A stretch of DNA of 63,518 nt, the filler included, from Squatina squatina (Eukaryota): NCBI GenBank assembly GCA_031763465.1. It is 3 parts of 3 records of this genome, joined end to end, with 100 filler letters (N's around TTAATTAATTAA, not from the genome) between each part and the next. Parts side by side here need not be neighbours in the genome. Positions count along the whole stretch, not along the records: positions 19,113 to 40,017 come from JARFOE010000013.1; positions 40,118 to 63,518 come from JARFOE010000004.1; 1 more part is not named here. The stretch is one strand, 5' to 3'. The position numbers and the translations under genes are program-made. Positions 35,301 to 49,358 of this stretch are shown in pieces. Below the pieces are notes generated by a model, which saw only the letters and a list, made by a program, of their open reading frames with translations, was not told the DNA's origin and did no database searches. Within the stretch, counting starts at the first letter, position 1; every line of letters starts with the position of its first letter.

Positions 35301-36741
35301 TTTATAAGTGTGTACATTATGTAAACTCGGGGAAACCCTGGAAAGCACTTACCAGACAGCACGCACTTCCAGGATCTCACAAAGACAGCTTCACTATTGA
35401 GCCTGGAAACATGTTATTTATAGAATTTATTTTTATTTATATACATATTTTACTGTCTTATTGGCAGTGCTTGGTTTGGCTTTCCTTGGGCGTGTCTTTA
35501 AAGGCCGCTGATAACGATTCCTTTTAGGTGACACTGCTGTATAGAGATAATAGAGCACTACGGCGAAAGGATTATTACAAACCAGTAGCTGGTGGACTAA
35601 TCGCTGCTGCTGGTTTGTAAACCTGGTAAAGGATGGGGAAAGGAGAGGTGAGTTTGCGGACGCCTTGGTTTTTTTTATCTTTGCATTCAGGTGAACTTTT
35701 CCTTGTAGGGTTTTTTGTTGCAGTGGAGGAGAGTGGAAAGGAATTCTTGCATCATGAGGTCATTTCCTGCTGCTTCCCCTGCAATACCCCTGCTTTCTTT
35801 GTAAAGTGGATTGGTTAGTACTTGGATCTGTTTCCAAATGGCTAACTGCAGAAAGTGAAATATAATTTGAAGACTTAACCCGACAGGTTGCCCGTCTCTT
35901 TCTTCCCCCCCCGCCCAGGAAAATTCTACCTGCAACATGGAATATACATAATATACCAGTGCTTCCATTGCACAAATTGATTTAGTCTGTCTGTGGAGTT
36001 GTTAATGCTGGTTAATCAAACATGTAATGCAAACTTTAGCATTGCATTTTTTTATAAATGCCTGAAACTAATATTGGATTGCCAGTACAGAACTCAGTGC
36101 AGGTTTCTAGCTTTTGATTTCTCAACCTTCAATTTCAAGGAGTACTGTTAACACTGCGTCAGGACAGCCTGAGTCAGCATGGAAAGCTCCAACTGCAATT
36201 CCCATTCAAGCGTAGCTTAATTTGAGGTCTTGTAGTGACATCAATAGGCTGTGGCTTGTCTGTCCCTGTATATATGTGCTTAAAAGGAATTATGTACATT
36301 ACTTTGTGCTTTATAAATGTTTTGGAACAGAAATTCACTCTTGCCCACATACTGTCTTGTCCCTTTCTCCCCTTTGCTTGTGTGTTAGCTGGAATAATTT
36401 AGGAAAAAAGTTAGCATGCTGTTGAGGCATATTAATTTAGGTCTTGCTACTTGAATGGGTACGGATGGGATCTATGAACCTCTGAATGCCACTTTAATTT
36501 AGCCAGATTTTTGGTTAGCAATGTACTGAAATAAATGGAGTCAGAAAATTGATACAGTACCCTGGAAAGCACTCCTTGGATCTCATTAAGCTACATCACT
36601 GCAGATAAGATTTCACATTTGGTTGCCAGTTGTATTTATTGNNNNNNNNNNNNNNNNNNNNNNNNNNNNNNNNNNNNNNNNNNNNNNNNNNNNNNNNNNN
36701 NNNNNNNNNNNNNNNNNNNNNNNNNNNNNNNNNNNNNNNNN

Positions 36742-36906
<165 letters not shown>

Positions 36907-36909
36907 TAA

Positions 36910-37053
<144 letters not shown>

Positions 37054-37921
37054 TAGGTGGAAAAGTGGGTGTCAGTACGTTCATAACCCAGCTCATAATA
37101 TCATGGCATGGACCAGCTGCAGTGCTCAGTTCTTCCATGAATACTTCAATAGGAATTAATGCCAACCCACACTGCATCATGGCTTGGCTATACTTTTATG
37201 GATTTATTGTGTGTTAACAAAGACCCATTGCACATGGACTGGTAAAATACTGGTTTGAGCTCTATTCTGTAGGAGAGTCCTTGATTTGTCATAGGGACAG
37301 TTAATATCCAGCTGAAATATAGAATTTGCAGAAGCCTAGGATCTCGGTCATCTGCCTTCCCTGTTGGCAAGGGAGCAGTTTATGATGCACAGGCTAAGGT
37401 GTTCAATTATAACTTTTTCTGTTTCTTCCCCATCTGTCCTCCTTGAGGTGTATTGTCTCAAGGCAGATGTAGTTGACTGTCTCCATGCTTCTGCAAGATA
37501 GCCTGACATCTGAGTACATTACAAATGGAATTTAATAGATTTGCTGCATTGTGGGCACATAATCTGACAAATCCAGACATCTGAGGCCGAGTTGCCTTTT
37601 TTCACCCACGGACTATGTGCATAAGCACTGGGAGTGAAATGGAGTGCCTGTTTTAGCCTACTGATTTGTAATGTTAAACTATTTTATAGCTGAAGAAAAT
37701 TAAAGATAATTTTGCAGTCTGTACTCTGAGCACTTTAGAATAAATCTGGTTGCAAAATTACATTATGAAGGACCTGCGACCCAGAAAAAAAATACCCGAA
37801 GGAGCATGATTATACTCCTTGAACTTGTTTTTTTGCTATATCACAGAATAGCCATGTTATCTGGAATGCTTTTGTTGGCTTAAGATACCACAGTAGTAAT
37901 TGGAATTTTATCTACTTCTAG

Positions 37922-37981
37922 TTGTGGACTTCAGACAACCAGGGGGAAGAAGCTGATGCTGGCGAGGGAGGAGAGAACTAA
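37922..37981 (+). CDS. YWHAZ: 14-3-3 zeta, last coding exon
   Basis: Acceptor tctacttctag|, LWTSDNQGEEADAGEGGEN then TAA. Confidence 0.95.
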   Translation: MWTSDNQGEEADAGEGGEN

Positions 37982-38970
37982 ACTTCCGCCTTCTAGTTCT
38001 GTCTGCCTCATTCCTGAATCTTCACCATCAAGACTATTTGTAATCTCTGCTGTCCCACTAGTTTCTATTTTAGGTCTTTGGAGAGCTTCTGTCACTTCTG
38101 TTGGGTCTCTGTGTTTCCCATGTGGTTTGTGTTTGATAGGGGAGAAGAGCCAATTCATATTGGGAACTCTTGTTTGTACTGTATGTTCCAGGTGGCCAAT
38201 GTAAATTATAATTTTGTAAAATGAGCAACTTTTGCTGCTTTCAATTTGACACCAGAAGCAGAATTTTAAAATGTTATGAAAAGTTCAGGACTACAGTTGA
38301 CAATAGATATGGATGAAACAGTGTCATTGTGACCTGGTTTGTTCAATTAATGTTATTTTAACATGAGAGCTACCCATTTATTTTAAGTGGGTTATCGCTG
38401 CCAATATAAAAATACCAATGGGCAAATCCAGGCTTGTGCTTAGAGGGGAAATATATGAATTTGTTTCTGATGATTTAACAGTTGCTTGTTTAGGCTAGAG
38501 AATAATGAGTGAGCTGATCATTTTGTGATGTCTGAAGATTTGGGAAGCGGACGAGCAATTGGACAGTGAACTGACCAGTAGAAGCCAGCATGCAGTGAGC
38601 CTGTGATGTTGCTGTAGATTGCAAAGGGGAAATTCAAGAGAAATCAGGTGATGGAGNNNNNNNNNNNNNNNNNNNNNNNNNNNNNNNNNNNNNNNNNNNN
38701 NNNNNNNNNNNNNNNNNNNNNNNNNNNNNNNNNNNNNNNNNNNNNNNNNNNNNNNNTCCCATGTGTTTATCTGGTAACTACCTTTTTTTGTTTTTTAGTT
38801 TTTGCTTTGTGGTCTTGATTGCCTAACACGCATGTGGCTGTGAAATAGTTAACAGGGAAGTAATGAGATATATTGCTGTATGGCTAGCTGCATTAATGTC
38901 TTCTGGACTTTTCATAAGAACACACAAGCATAACTGTTATCAAGAAAATGTGTAAAGTTGATGTAAGTGG

Positions 38971-38976
38971 AATAAA
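38971..38976 (+). terminator. YWHAZ polyadenylation signal
   Basis: AATAAA in gtggaataaaatgttttatgaatgga with a T-rich downstream element; resembles a mammalian YWHAZ 3'UTR block as recalled. Confidence 0.7.
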
Positions 38977-39562
38977 ATGTTTTATGAATGGATTTTTTAA
39001 AATTTCAATTTGATTTACTAAATTATATGCTGATACTTGTGTCTCAAGTGGAATGAAATTCACAAATGTAGTCTAGATGTATGAGGTTGGAAGCTTTAGA
39101 AAAATGCTCAAACTGCTGCCTCATAAATGAAGGAATAATTGTTCAGCATAATTTCAATCTAGATTGGTTGTCTGACGATGTCTTGACCTATTCCTGAAAC
39201 TGTTGAAACCTAACTGAGTGGATGGTATACCTCAATTTAACTGTAAATAGTACATTGGTAGTGTTTTCAGTATTTGCCTGAAAATCATTTAGCTGTGCAC
39301 AAAAGTAANNNNNNNNNNNNNNNNNNNNNNNNNNNNNNNNNNNNNNNNNNNNNNNNNNNNNNNNNNNNNNNNNNNNNNNNNNNNNNNNNNNNNNNNNNNN
39401 NNNNNNNNCCCCCGTCTCTCTATTTAAATTTGGGGGCTTTTCTGCTTCTATCGGGCTTTTTTTTTTCAAATCTCTCTCTCTTTCCTCCCCCCCACCCCCC
39501 TGTATCGAGTGAGTTGAGCGAGCGTACTTTTTTTTTGTCCCCACTCTTAAGTTGTCGGTTGA

Positions 39563-39886
<324 letters not shown>

Positions 39887-40061
39887 TGAGATGTCGGCAC
39901 CCACGTGTAACGACCCCGAGTTTCTAACTACGCGGTTCAACTCTTCAGCCTGTGTTGTGTTTCCCCAAAGAGAGCCGAGTTTCAGGGGCCCCAGAGTCGG
40001 GCCCTGGCAGCTACCATNNNNNNNNNNNNNNNNNNNNNNNNNNNNNNNNNNNNNNNNNNNN

Positions 40062-40073
40062 TTAATTAATTAA
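40062..40073. other. Artificial scaffold linker (six-frame stop)
   Basis: Second N44-TTAATTAATTAA-N44. Confidence 0.97.
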
Positions 40074-41418
40074 NNNNNNNNNNNNNNNNNNNNNNNNNNN
40101 NNNNNNNNNNNNNNNNNTCAGAGGAGCACTGGTCACATTGGTTTAATAATCTTTACAGAAGTAAATTTAAATACCATTACAAGAATGACATATTCTGAAG
40201 TGCTTTCAACTTAACTGCTGTAACAATGGCGAATATAAGGAAGAGATAGCACTGCAAAGGTTTTTTTCAATTTATTACATAAAATATTAAGTTTATTTCA
40301 AAAATAACAGCTGATAATATATTTCTTATCCAAGTAAAATGAATTCCCATTACATAAAATTGTGATCTGTACATACAATTTTTACGTGAATTTAAAAAAA
40401 AGTTACAAGAAGTCAATTTCCAGATGTTGACCTAGTTTTCTGAAGACAGTATAAACTTTACATACCTGGCATCTGTGTCTAAATCAAGCGCAGCCAGCTG
40501 GATCAAAATATCTTCTCTTTAATGATGCAAAAGTTCAAAGTGAAATGGGTTTTGGTTGCTTTTGACCAGTTTTATGTGCATGAGTAGATACCAAATTACT
40601 GATAATTTGGTCCTGAATTAGTAGTATCACTCAGAGACACCACAAGTATGTCTAGTGTGGCAAATGAAATTGCTACATTGATGCAGTGGGTGGTGCAGTT
40701 TTGAAGTTGGGGTAATGGATGTTGTTATGTCACTGTGAAGAGAACTTTCCTTTACATCAAACTTAACTTGCTTGTCCAAAATCCCATGTCTAAGATGAGT
40801 CTTCCTCTCACTTTTCAGCCAAAATCCTGAAAAAAAATCGATCACCCACGTAGAAGATGCTATATCAGTCACCATATTGTCCACAAAATGGAAAATTTGA
40901 TTTTAATGCTAATTATTCCTCAATCTTCCACTACTNNNNNNNNNNNNNNNNNNNNNNNNNNNNNNNNNNNNNNNNNNNNNNNNNNNNNNNNNNNNNNNNN
41001 NNNNNNNNNNNNNNNNNNNNNNNNNNNNNNNNNNNGTTCTGAGTGAGCACCAAGATGAACAAGTCATAATAAGATGTGAAAGTACATTGCCACCATCCTG
41101 ACCACAACAGACACACATACTATACCACACTAAATGGTGATTCCACCAGTTTGGGTTACAGCAATCCACAGTAATTCCTTGTGTGAGGTACAGAAACTTA
41201 CAAATATCAAACTCCCAGGGGTCATTTTCAGCACTGGAGCATTTGATATACCAACCCGATGGCCAAAGTGGGAGGCCCGAACTCGTTCCATCACTGTGTC
41301 CAGCTACATAATGTTGGTGAGCTGCCAGCACTCAGTGGGCATGCACAGGCAGCTTGCCGCTAGGGTAGGGGGGACGGGATGGGCTGAGACGGAGAATCAC
41401 CAGTGTGATTGATGTACA

Positions 41419-42074
41419 TCAAAAAATTTGACTAATTAAAAACCCAGAGAAGGATGAATGCATATAATCAGAGGAATATATACCATTAGACTCTTCTGAA
41501 GGTAACTGAACATAAACCTGGTCATTTTCATGTAAGTGTATTATAGCACTTCCTGAGGCTTGATCAACATAACCTTCTGTATAGTCATCATATGTGTACA
41601 TTACAGGTTCATCATTTTTGAACAGTCCGACCCAAACATTTCCTCCTTTGACTTGTACGTGGTAAGAAAATTGATAGATGCCTGGTATTTGACATGTAAA
41701 TATCCCAGTTGATGGATTATAATTATTATTTTGATTGGCTAGTATTTTGTCAAACGCTATTGGATGTCTTGCAGAGGGAAATGATTCTGAAAGAATAGCT
41801 GTAAAAGCTGGATATTGACTCATGCCTCCTGATGTTACATAACCATTATAGCCTCCATATTTTTCTGGTTGTACAATTTCTCCGGGGGGACCTGGTGGAC
41901 CAAGGGGTCCAGGTGGACCTGGAGGGCCTTCTGCTCCAGGAAGGCCCGGTAGTCCATGAGGTAATTTGTCAGGAAGACGAGAGGAAAGACCTGGTAGTCC
42001 AGGTGGGCCTGGAGGTCCTGGATCTCCTTTTTCTCCAGGGAATCCTGGAGGTCCTTGAAATCCAGGCAGACCTC
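41419..42074 (-). CDS. COL10A1: Collagen alpha-1(X)-like, 3' part of last exon: end of triple helix plus NC1/C1q domain
   Basis: Gly-X-Y repeats, then [67 protein letters not shown]; stop TGA at 41421-41419; antisense to NT5DC1 exons. Confidence 0.9.
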
Positions 42075-43048
42075 NNNNNNNNNNNNNNNNNNNNNNNNNN
42101 NNNNNNNNNNNNNNNNNNNNNNNNNNNNNNNNNNNNNNNNNNNNNNNNNNNNNNNNNNNNNNNNNNNNNNNNNNTTGTGATCTATCAGACATTTCTTAAG
42201 CAAGAATGAACAGCATGAGGTATTTGTTTTTGTCATCATATGTTGAGTCATCTGCAAACACCCACAAATAACCATGCATTTACTGACTGACATTGCAGTA
42301 TCCACCAGTTTAGCTGGAGATCATCCCAGTTCTTGAGGTTTAAGTAGGCCACGATGGTGACAATGCCTATGGAATAACTAATGTTTTGTGACTTGCATGA
42401 GGAATGCGCAGTTGCTTACAACACATGAATTGCATAGTCTTTGAATAATCAATAAAAGTAAGCTGTTTTTCCTACAGGAATCCTGATCCATAATCATAAT
42501 GCCCGATCGTTCGTGATATGGCAGTGGTGATCAAATATTTTATTAAATCTGTTGTCTACACTCACAGAGGCGATTTCAGTTAAGATTGTACTAGATCTGG
42601 ATTTGATGGAGCAATGCACCAGCATGTTGTGCCAGCGATTAGTTGACTGCAAGTTTGTATGGGAGTGTCCTGGTCTCACCCTGGTTGTCTGGGGAGCTTA
42701 TGAAGCATTCTCCTTTGGGAGGGAGTGAAAATTGGAGTGCACGCCAACCTGTGCCCTTCCTTTGCATTCCATGCTGTCTGGAAAAGTGCAACAGTGGAGG
42801 CATGAATGGATTGACTGCCCACTTTAGAAGAGTGATGCATGATATAGAACCTTACATGGAGAACATTGAAAAACAAGGTGGGGAAGGAGGAATACGAATA
42901 TTAAACATTAGTCGTCTGAAATTTAGTTCAGACTAAAATGAAAACAGTAACAAAGGCCTGAAGTACTTAGAGAGCTGCTCTATGTTGTCTGTCGACATGG
43001 GTTATCCCGATTATTGAAACTCGCAACGATCACAGCATGAACACTTAC

Positions 43049-43148
43049 CAGTTGGATAACGTGCATTATTATATCTATAATATCCATGTCCATTGACCAA
43101 GGTAACAGACAATAGCACCAGAAGTGCACCACTCTCTCCTGGAACCAT
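43049..43148 (-). CDS. COL10A1: col10a1 first coding exon (signal peptide and NC2)
   Basis: Acceptor tttacag|43163, ATG 43148, MVPGESGALLVLLSVTLVNGHGYYRYNNARYPT+G, donor |gtaagt (phase 1). Resembles LLVSLNLVHG..RY..PTG of collagen X. Not in the ORF track. Confidence 0.82.
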
Positions 43149-43634
43149 GTTTGTAGTTCAGATCTGTAAAGTATTGATAAATGTTTTTCTGAACAGTGAT
43201 AGAAAGGAAGACATGAACTGATATCATTATTTTAGATCTACAGTGGAACTGTGTTGCAAGGGTAAGATTATTGGCAGAATGTAGGCTATCAACAACAAAA
43301 TATTACTCTATGAACTATGAAACATAGGATTAATCTTAAAAATACCTGAAAAATTAAGATCTTTTAGTTCTAAAATATCATTTAATTCTTCACACTANNN
43401 NNNNNNNNNNNNNNNNNNNNNNNNNNNNNNNNNNNNNNNNNNNNNNNNNNNNNNNNNNNNNNNNNNNNNNNNNNNNNNNNNNNNNNNNNNNNNNNNNNNN
43501 NNNNNNNNNNNNNNNNNNNNNNNNNNNNNNNNNNNNNNNNNNNNNNNNNNNNNNNNNNNNNNNNNNNNNNNNNNNNNNNNNNNNATCTCCAAAATCTTGG
43601 TTCAGTGTAGTCTCCCAATAATTTATCCTCCGAA

Positions 43635-43820
43635 ATAGTGTGGTGTCCGATGAAGAAGTGTTTTCAAAAACAATACATGTTGCTATTTATATATGAGAAA
43701 GCTTACTCACACAACAGTACATTCTATAACTCCTCCTTTCAAATGCAAGTACCAATTATGCTGTTTCATTTTTCACATTGACAAGTTGTATCAGGTTAGT
43801 GGTTTCTTGTGGTTGAAGTT
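43635..43820 (-). promoter_or_regulatory. Putative col10a1 promoter and non-coding exon 1
   Basis: Minus-strand TATATAAATA at about 43693-43684, about 0.5 kb upstream of the first coding exon; RUNX TGTGGT at 43639 and 43808. Confidence 0.4.
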
Positions 43821-45049
43821 GCTTTGCCTTCTTTGGCATTGCTGTCCTCATGCAGTTTCAAATGCAACGGTTGAACAGATTTCTGAATTGGGTTTTAAAA
43901 GGCTTGCATGATTTGTTTTTAATTTGTTTGGATTTAGAAATCTGACATAAACAACAGTGAGCAACGTTGCAAAGCTGTGTTATTAATCTTGTTCTTGTAT
44001 AATTGTAGTTTCAACATTTATAAGCTATATGTACAGAACTTCTCCATCAGCTGATCATATTTGGGTGGTAAATTTCTCTGGCACTCAGTTCTTAGATTTG
44101 CAACAGTGACTGCCATTATTCCTCAGTGACATTAAAAATAGTGTACGATTGGTATCAATAATTTTTGAATCGATAATAAAATAATATACGAGACACATGA
44201 GTGGTTACAATTAGANNNNNNNNNNNNNNNNNNNNNNNNNNNNNNNNNNNNNNNNNNNNNNNNNNNNNNNNNNNNNNNNNNNNNNNNNNNNNNNNNNNNN
44301 NNNNNNNNNNNNNNNATTACGAAATAGCATTTTTACCTTACTAAAAAATTTCAGTGTTTTTGCTCGCTCGAGAGACTTTTTAAAAAATCCATACGTTAAG
44401 TGTATACCTATCATTTCAACACTTTGTGACAATCTCTCAAATTAACTTCATTTCTTGCTGCAAAAGGGTGTTAAGAATTAAGATTAATATCATTTACACA
44501 AAGTTTTAGATAATTTAATATCTTTATATTTATTTTTATAAATGTTTGTAAACAAACTGTGCTTGAAGCAGAAGTTTTGACCAAGTGTGAATTGTTGACT
44601 AGTGCTTTCAGATTTCAAACACAGACCGCAGTGTGGTGCATTGATGCCTGAATCTAAATAGAATTTGGATAGTTAATAATTACAGGTCTGAGACTGAGTA
44701 TGGTGTTTGACTGTAGTGCAATAGCCAGCTGTTTAGTATTATTGAGTGATGGAGGAAAAACAGATCTAAAAATATCTGCTGTTTTGCTAAGTATTTATGC
44801 ACAAATGAAAGAAATCCACTGATTTGTTGAGATGAAAGCTGGCATTTATTTTACAACAAACATTTGTGTATGGTGTACATTCTTATTTTGTTCTGGCAAT
44901 AATTCTGTGACAAGTTTGCAGCACAGATATCTTCGAAAAACTCTTGCTTTTCGAAACTGCTGACCTGGCACTTCCTTTTTGTGGTGTGGGGGAGGTGGGT
45001 GGATTAATGTCTGCAAGATAGACTTACTAGGTCTGGAACTGGTCAAAAA

Positions 45050-45382
45050 ATGTTCTGTGACTTTGTGATGTATTATCCCTCCTTAGCCTCTCTTTAACAG
45101 AGTTGACAACAGCATCCTCCCGCTTGTCTCCATTTGCTTCAGTCCCCAGCCGAAACACCTTGCCCCTCCCACTGATACCATCCCCCCACGCTCCCCGCCC
45201 CGTCGACCACTGTTTCAAGTTGAACCAGAACGTTCGCATCCTTGACATCCTATTTAACCCCGAGCTAACCTTCCAACCCCATATCCTCTCCATCACAAAG
45301 GCCACCTCCTCAGCATGCTTGCCTCTGCCCCCGCTTCAGCTTGTTAAAACCCTCATCCATATCTGTGCCACCTCCAGCCCCA
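45050..45382 (+). mobile_element. L2 RT fragment
   Basis: KLNQNVRILDILFNPELTFQPHILSITKA. Confidence 0.75.
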
Positions 45383-47739
45383 NNNNNNNNNNNNNNNNNN
45401 NNNNNNNNNNNNNNNNNNNNNNNNNNNNNNNNNNNNNNNNNNNNNNNNNNNNNNNNNNNNNNNNNNNNNNNNNNNNNNNNNNATATAAAAAATGAAATAA
45501 CAGTGTTTCTTAAAAACTATTCACTGTTGATCTATTAGTTGATTTTGGCAAAGTCTCACCCATCAATTGGAAACTTTGCATTGTGTTTAATGACATGCTG
45601 GATACAATAAAGGTGCTATGGGGTTTGTGTTGTAATTGTCAGTACCGGTTTTGATGAAAATCCAAGCTGAATTTTTCAGCTATCAACACTGGTATAATAT
45701 TACATTTTGCAGTTCTGACTTGAGCATGACACAGACTTTGTATTTGTTAATTAAATGATTAAATGTCTTCAGTTTTAGGTGGAGTGCTAAGCGTGATTAG
45801 ACCGGGCATGTTCCCATTCAAAGTCTGCCATCTATGATAGGAATTCTTGCATTTGTAAGTCGTCTGAATGATTGAAATTACCTTTTTTTAGATTTTACCT
45901 TTTACAAATTAGAAATGATTACCNNNNNNNNNNTGGAAACTCCTCGGCTGTTTCTGTGAAGACATAGAACCACGAACACAAAAAAAGTGTAGTGTGAGTT
46001 CACACTGAGGGGAGAAAGTAGTTCACCTTCAACAAATAACAATCAATTACACTCATTAAGGATCTGAAATTGTGGGGTTCGTTACATTTTTTCACTGTGG
46101 AATGTTACTGTAACCGCATGTTATAGTCACCCATTTATAATACCATGCAGACACTGAGACATGTGCTTTAAGTATTCATTATTGAGTCTAGGTTGCAGTT
46201 TCTTTTTTTGCAATCTAGTTAATTAACATGTCTGAATTTTTTGTCGTGTCTTACTGTCAACCATACTGTAATCCATTATTTTACTCCACCCTTTTGTGGG
46301 ATGGGGCAGTGGCAGATACTTCTCCAAAAATGTGTTTCTGTTACGAGAGTATCTAAGACAACGGGTTGTGTATGTTTTTTGCCTTTAAAACAAGTATTTC
46401 TCCTTCCCACGCACAGTTTTTCTCCTGGTTTCCTCCATTCCCTCCGATAGCACTTTCATCACCATTTGGAAGAATAGGACCATCTGCTGAGTAAAGGTCT
46501 GGATTTCCCTCTGCCGTGTCACCCAAACCAGGTGGGATAGCAGTGGGAAATGAATAGGATGCTGCTACCAGTTTTCCAAAATATGATCAGCCATGATCTC
46601 ATNNNNNNNNNNNNNNNNNNNNNNNNNNNNNNNNNNNNNNNNNNNNNNNNNNNNNNNNNNNNNNNNNNNNNNNNNNNNNNNNNNNNNNNNNNNNNNNNNN
46701 NNTCAAGGGCAACTCGTGATGGGAAATAAATGCTGGCATTGCCAGCGACGCACACATCCCAGGAATGATTTTTTTTTTAAATCAATAGGCAATAATTGCA
46801 GGTGGCAATCATTTTATAACACATTCCTAATTGTTGTCATTGTCTTATACAAATTAATAATTTATTCCATATATCTGCATTTAATTTTTTTTTTCTTTGG
46901 GAAGTATTTTACAGGAAGGGCACAATGATACTTCCTGCTCTTGAAGCAATGAACCCGAGGCAGCGGATCGCCGTGATTTTGTATGGGTGTGCACTGGGCC
47001 ATTTCAGTCGCATTGCTGTACCACCATGTTGTCATCATTTTGGTGTCCATGTGTGGAAGACATTTGGCTCAGACTTAATTACAGTCCATCGCCTGTAATT
47101 ATTGAGACCCTTGCACAGACACCCACAGTGCTGAATAAATATAGTTCACATTTAACATAACTTTGGTTGTCTCATGTCATGACTAACACTTTATGTAGAG
47201 TACATAAGGTTAAACAAAGTCTAAAATTGCCATGATGGCAAAATAAATCGCTGTGTTCATTTACTTATTCGTACTTACTTTATGTGAAAACAGTTTCACT
47301 GATGTTTGTGAAGAACAGTTCAGGAGGATTAAGAAGGGTAACACTTACATGAGAGTGATCAGGGATGAGCCAAAATCAACAGAAATAGAATAGATGAGGA
47401 GGATCAGGAAGGCTGAGAGCTTGTTCAGGAACAGAAAAAGCCATTACTGAGCTAAATGTCAAAGTTCAGTGACAGGATAAATTTCTACTTTAAACTAATT
47501 CCCTTAATTTAAAAAAATGTAGCCTCGTCCTGTGAACACGTTGGATTTTTCTAGTAAGGCAGGCCTCCTAAATGTTAATTCTTCTTGAGGTAAAATGATT
47601 ATAATATTGCATTGATTTCTCAACTTTAATAATATTAAATGAAAAAGAACACACACTCAATTCATAACATTTTCCCTGTGAAACCAACATTTTGTGTGTT
47701 GCAGAGAAATATATGTTCCAATGAATGTCTCAACATTCC

Positions 47740-48030
47740 AGAGAACACAGATTTCAGGTGATTGGCAGAACAACCAAAGGCAACATGAGGGGAAACCTTT
47801 TTACGCAGCGAGTGGTTAGGATCTGGAATTCACTACGTGAAAGGGTGGTGAAGGCAGATTCAGTTGTGGCTTTCAAACGGAAATTGGATAAATACCTGCA
47901 GGAAACAAATTTGCAGGGCTACGGGGAAAGGGCGGGGGAGTGGGACTAGCTGAAGAGCTCTTGCAGAGAGCAGGCACAGGCTTGATGGGCTGAATGGCCC
48001 CCTTCTGTGCTTTAACCCTGCTTTGATTCT
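47740..48030 (+). mobile_element. CR1 3' end
   Basis: RGNLFTQRVVRIWNSLRERVVKADSVVAFKRKLDKYL plus gatgggctgaatggcc tail. Confidence 0.88.
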
Positions 48031-48859
48031 CTCTGGGTCTCCTTCTCATCAATGTCCCTGAGTTTTATTGAGGTCCTCCTGTCTTTAATGCTGAATCATA
48101 GCACATTTCTAAATGCTGAAAAATGCACCAAAAACGCATTATCCATGAAAAGCACCTGGAGACAAGTCCCAAAGACCCCCCCAGGAGATACATTTTATAT
48201 TATCAGAACTGACAGCCCCCTCAACCCACCATTGCAAAAATGACACTTTTGTGTACTTTAGGAGTTTCCCGCCACAAAACAAAGGATGCCCTATTAGTGT
48301 AACTGTGACTTACATCATGACCAGTTCATGTTCTATTGCTCTTCCATTATAACTGTTTTCTATATGGCATACATAAGGACATTGGGTTTCTATTGCTACA
48401 GAAATATGGATTGAATTGTGGAATGTGAACCCAAAACACGAAAGAAAAATCCTGAAATCCAACTAATTAAAACCCAGTTTAACTCATTCAGTCACTGTGA
48501 GCCAATGGCCTTAGTCATAGACCTTTATTCAGGGCTGTTTTTGTTGCATGCTGTTTTTTGAATTATTACTTTATTTTACAAAGCTTCTGCTATACTACAC
48601 GTAGTTCTTAGATCTGTGAAAAAATACAATTTGGAAATGTTAATATTTATATCGGATTAATATGCTGCTAAATTGCATAACCTTGAAGGAACAAAAGAAA
48701 TTCGTGGTAGACTAAAGAAAATGAAGCTTTGAGTGGTGTGGATCTTGACACATCATGGGCAACTCAATTTCATCAATTGTGTCAAGAAGATTTACCTTAC
48801 TCCACTGCAATCCTAATGCATGTTTTTGTTCTATACTGTGCGGCTTGCTTTTTGCTGTA

Positions 48860-49358
48860 ATAAAATTCTTACAATTTGGGAGGAAGAATAAAGAGGGCAC
48901 AAATAAGTGTCTAAATGGGGTAGAGCTGCAAAGGGATCATGGGTACAGATACACAAATCACTAAAAGTAGTGGCACATGTTAATAAGATCATTAAAAACT
49001 CCAAGCACTAGGGTTCATTTCTAGAGGAATAGAATTGAAAAGCAGAGAAGTTATGTTAAACTTGTAACGGATCTTGGTAAGAGAATGCTTGGAGTACTGT
49101 GCGCAGTTCCAGTCTCCATATTCTAAAAAGGATATAAAGGCACTGGAGAGGGTGCAAAAAAGGATTCACGAGGAAGATACCAGAATTGAGGATATATGTA
49201 TCAGGAAATGTTGAACAGGCTGGAACTCTTTTCTCTGGAAAGAACTGATTGAGGTCTTTAAGATTATGAAAGGGTTTGATAGGGTAGATGTAGAAAAGAT
49301 ATTTCCACTTGTAGGAGAGACCAAAACCAGGGGGTGTAAATATAAGATAGTTACCAAT
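48860..49358 (+). mobile_element. CR1 ORF2 fragment
   Basis: ttggagtactgtgcgcagttc (LEYCAQF) and ctggagagggtgcaa (LERVQ). Confidence 0.85.

Noticed and set aside
34959-35527. Cys/Val-rich ORFs
   Set aside because: Translations of the TG microsatellite.
36170-36179. Perfect ARE/NF-E2 motif TGAGTCAGCA in a YWHAZ intron
   Set aside because: A single 10-mer with no supporting context.
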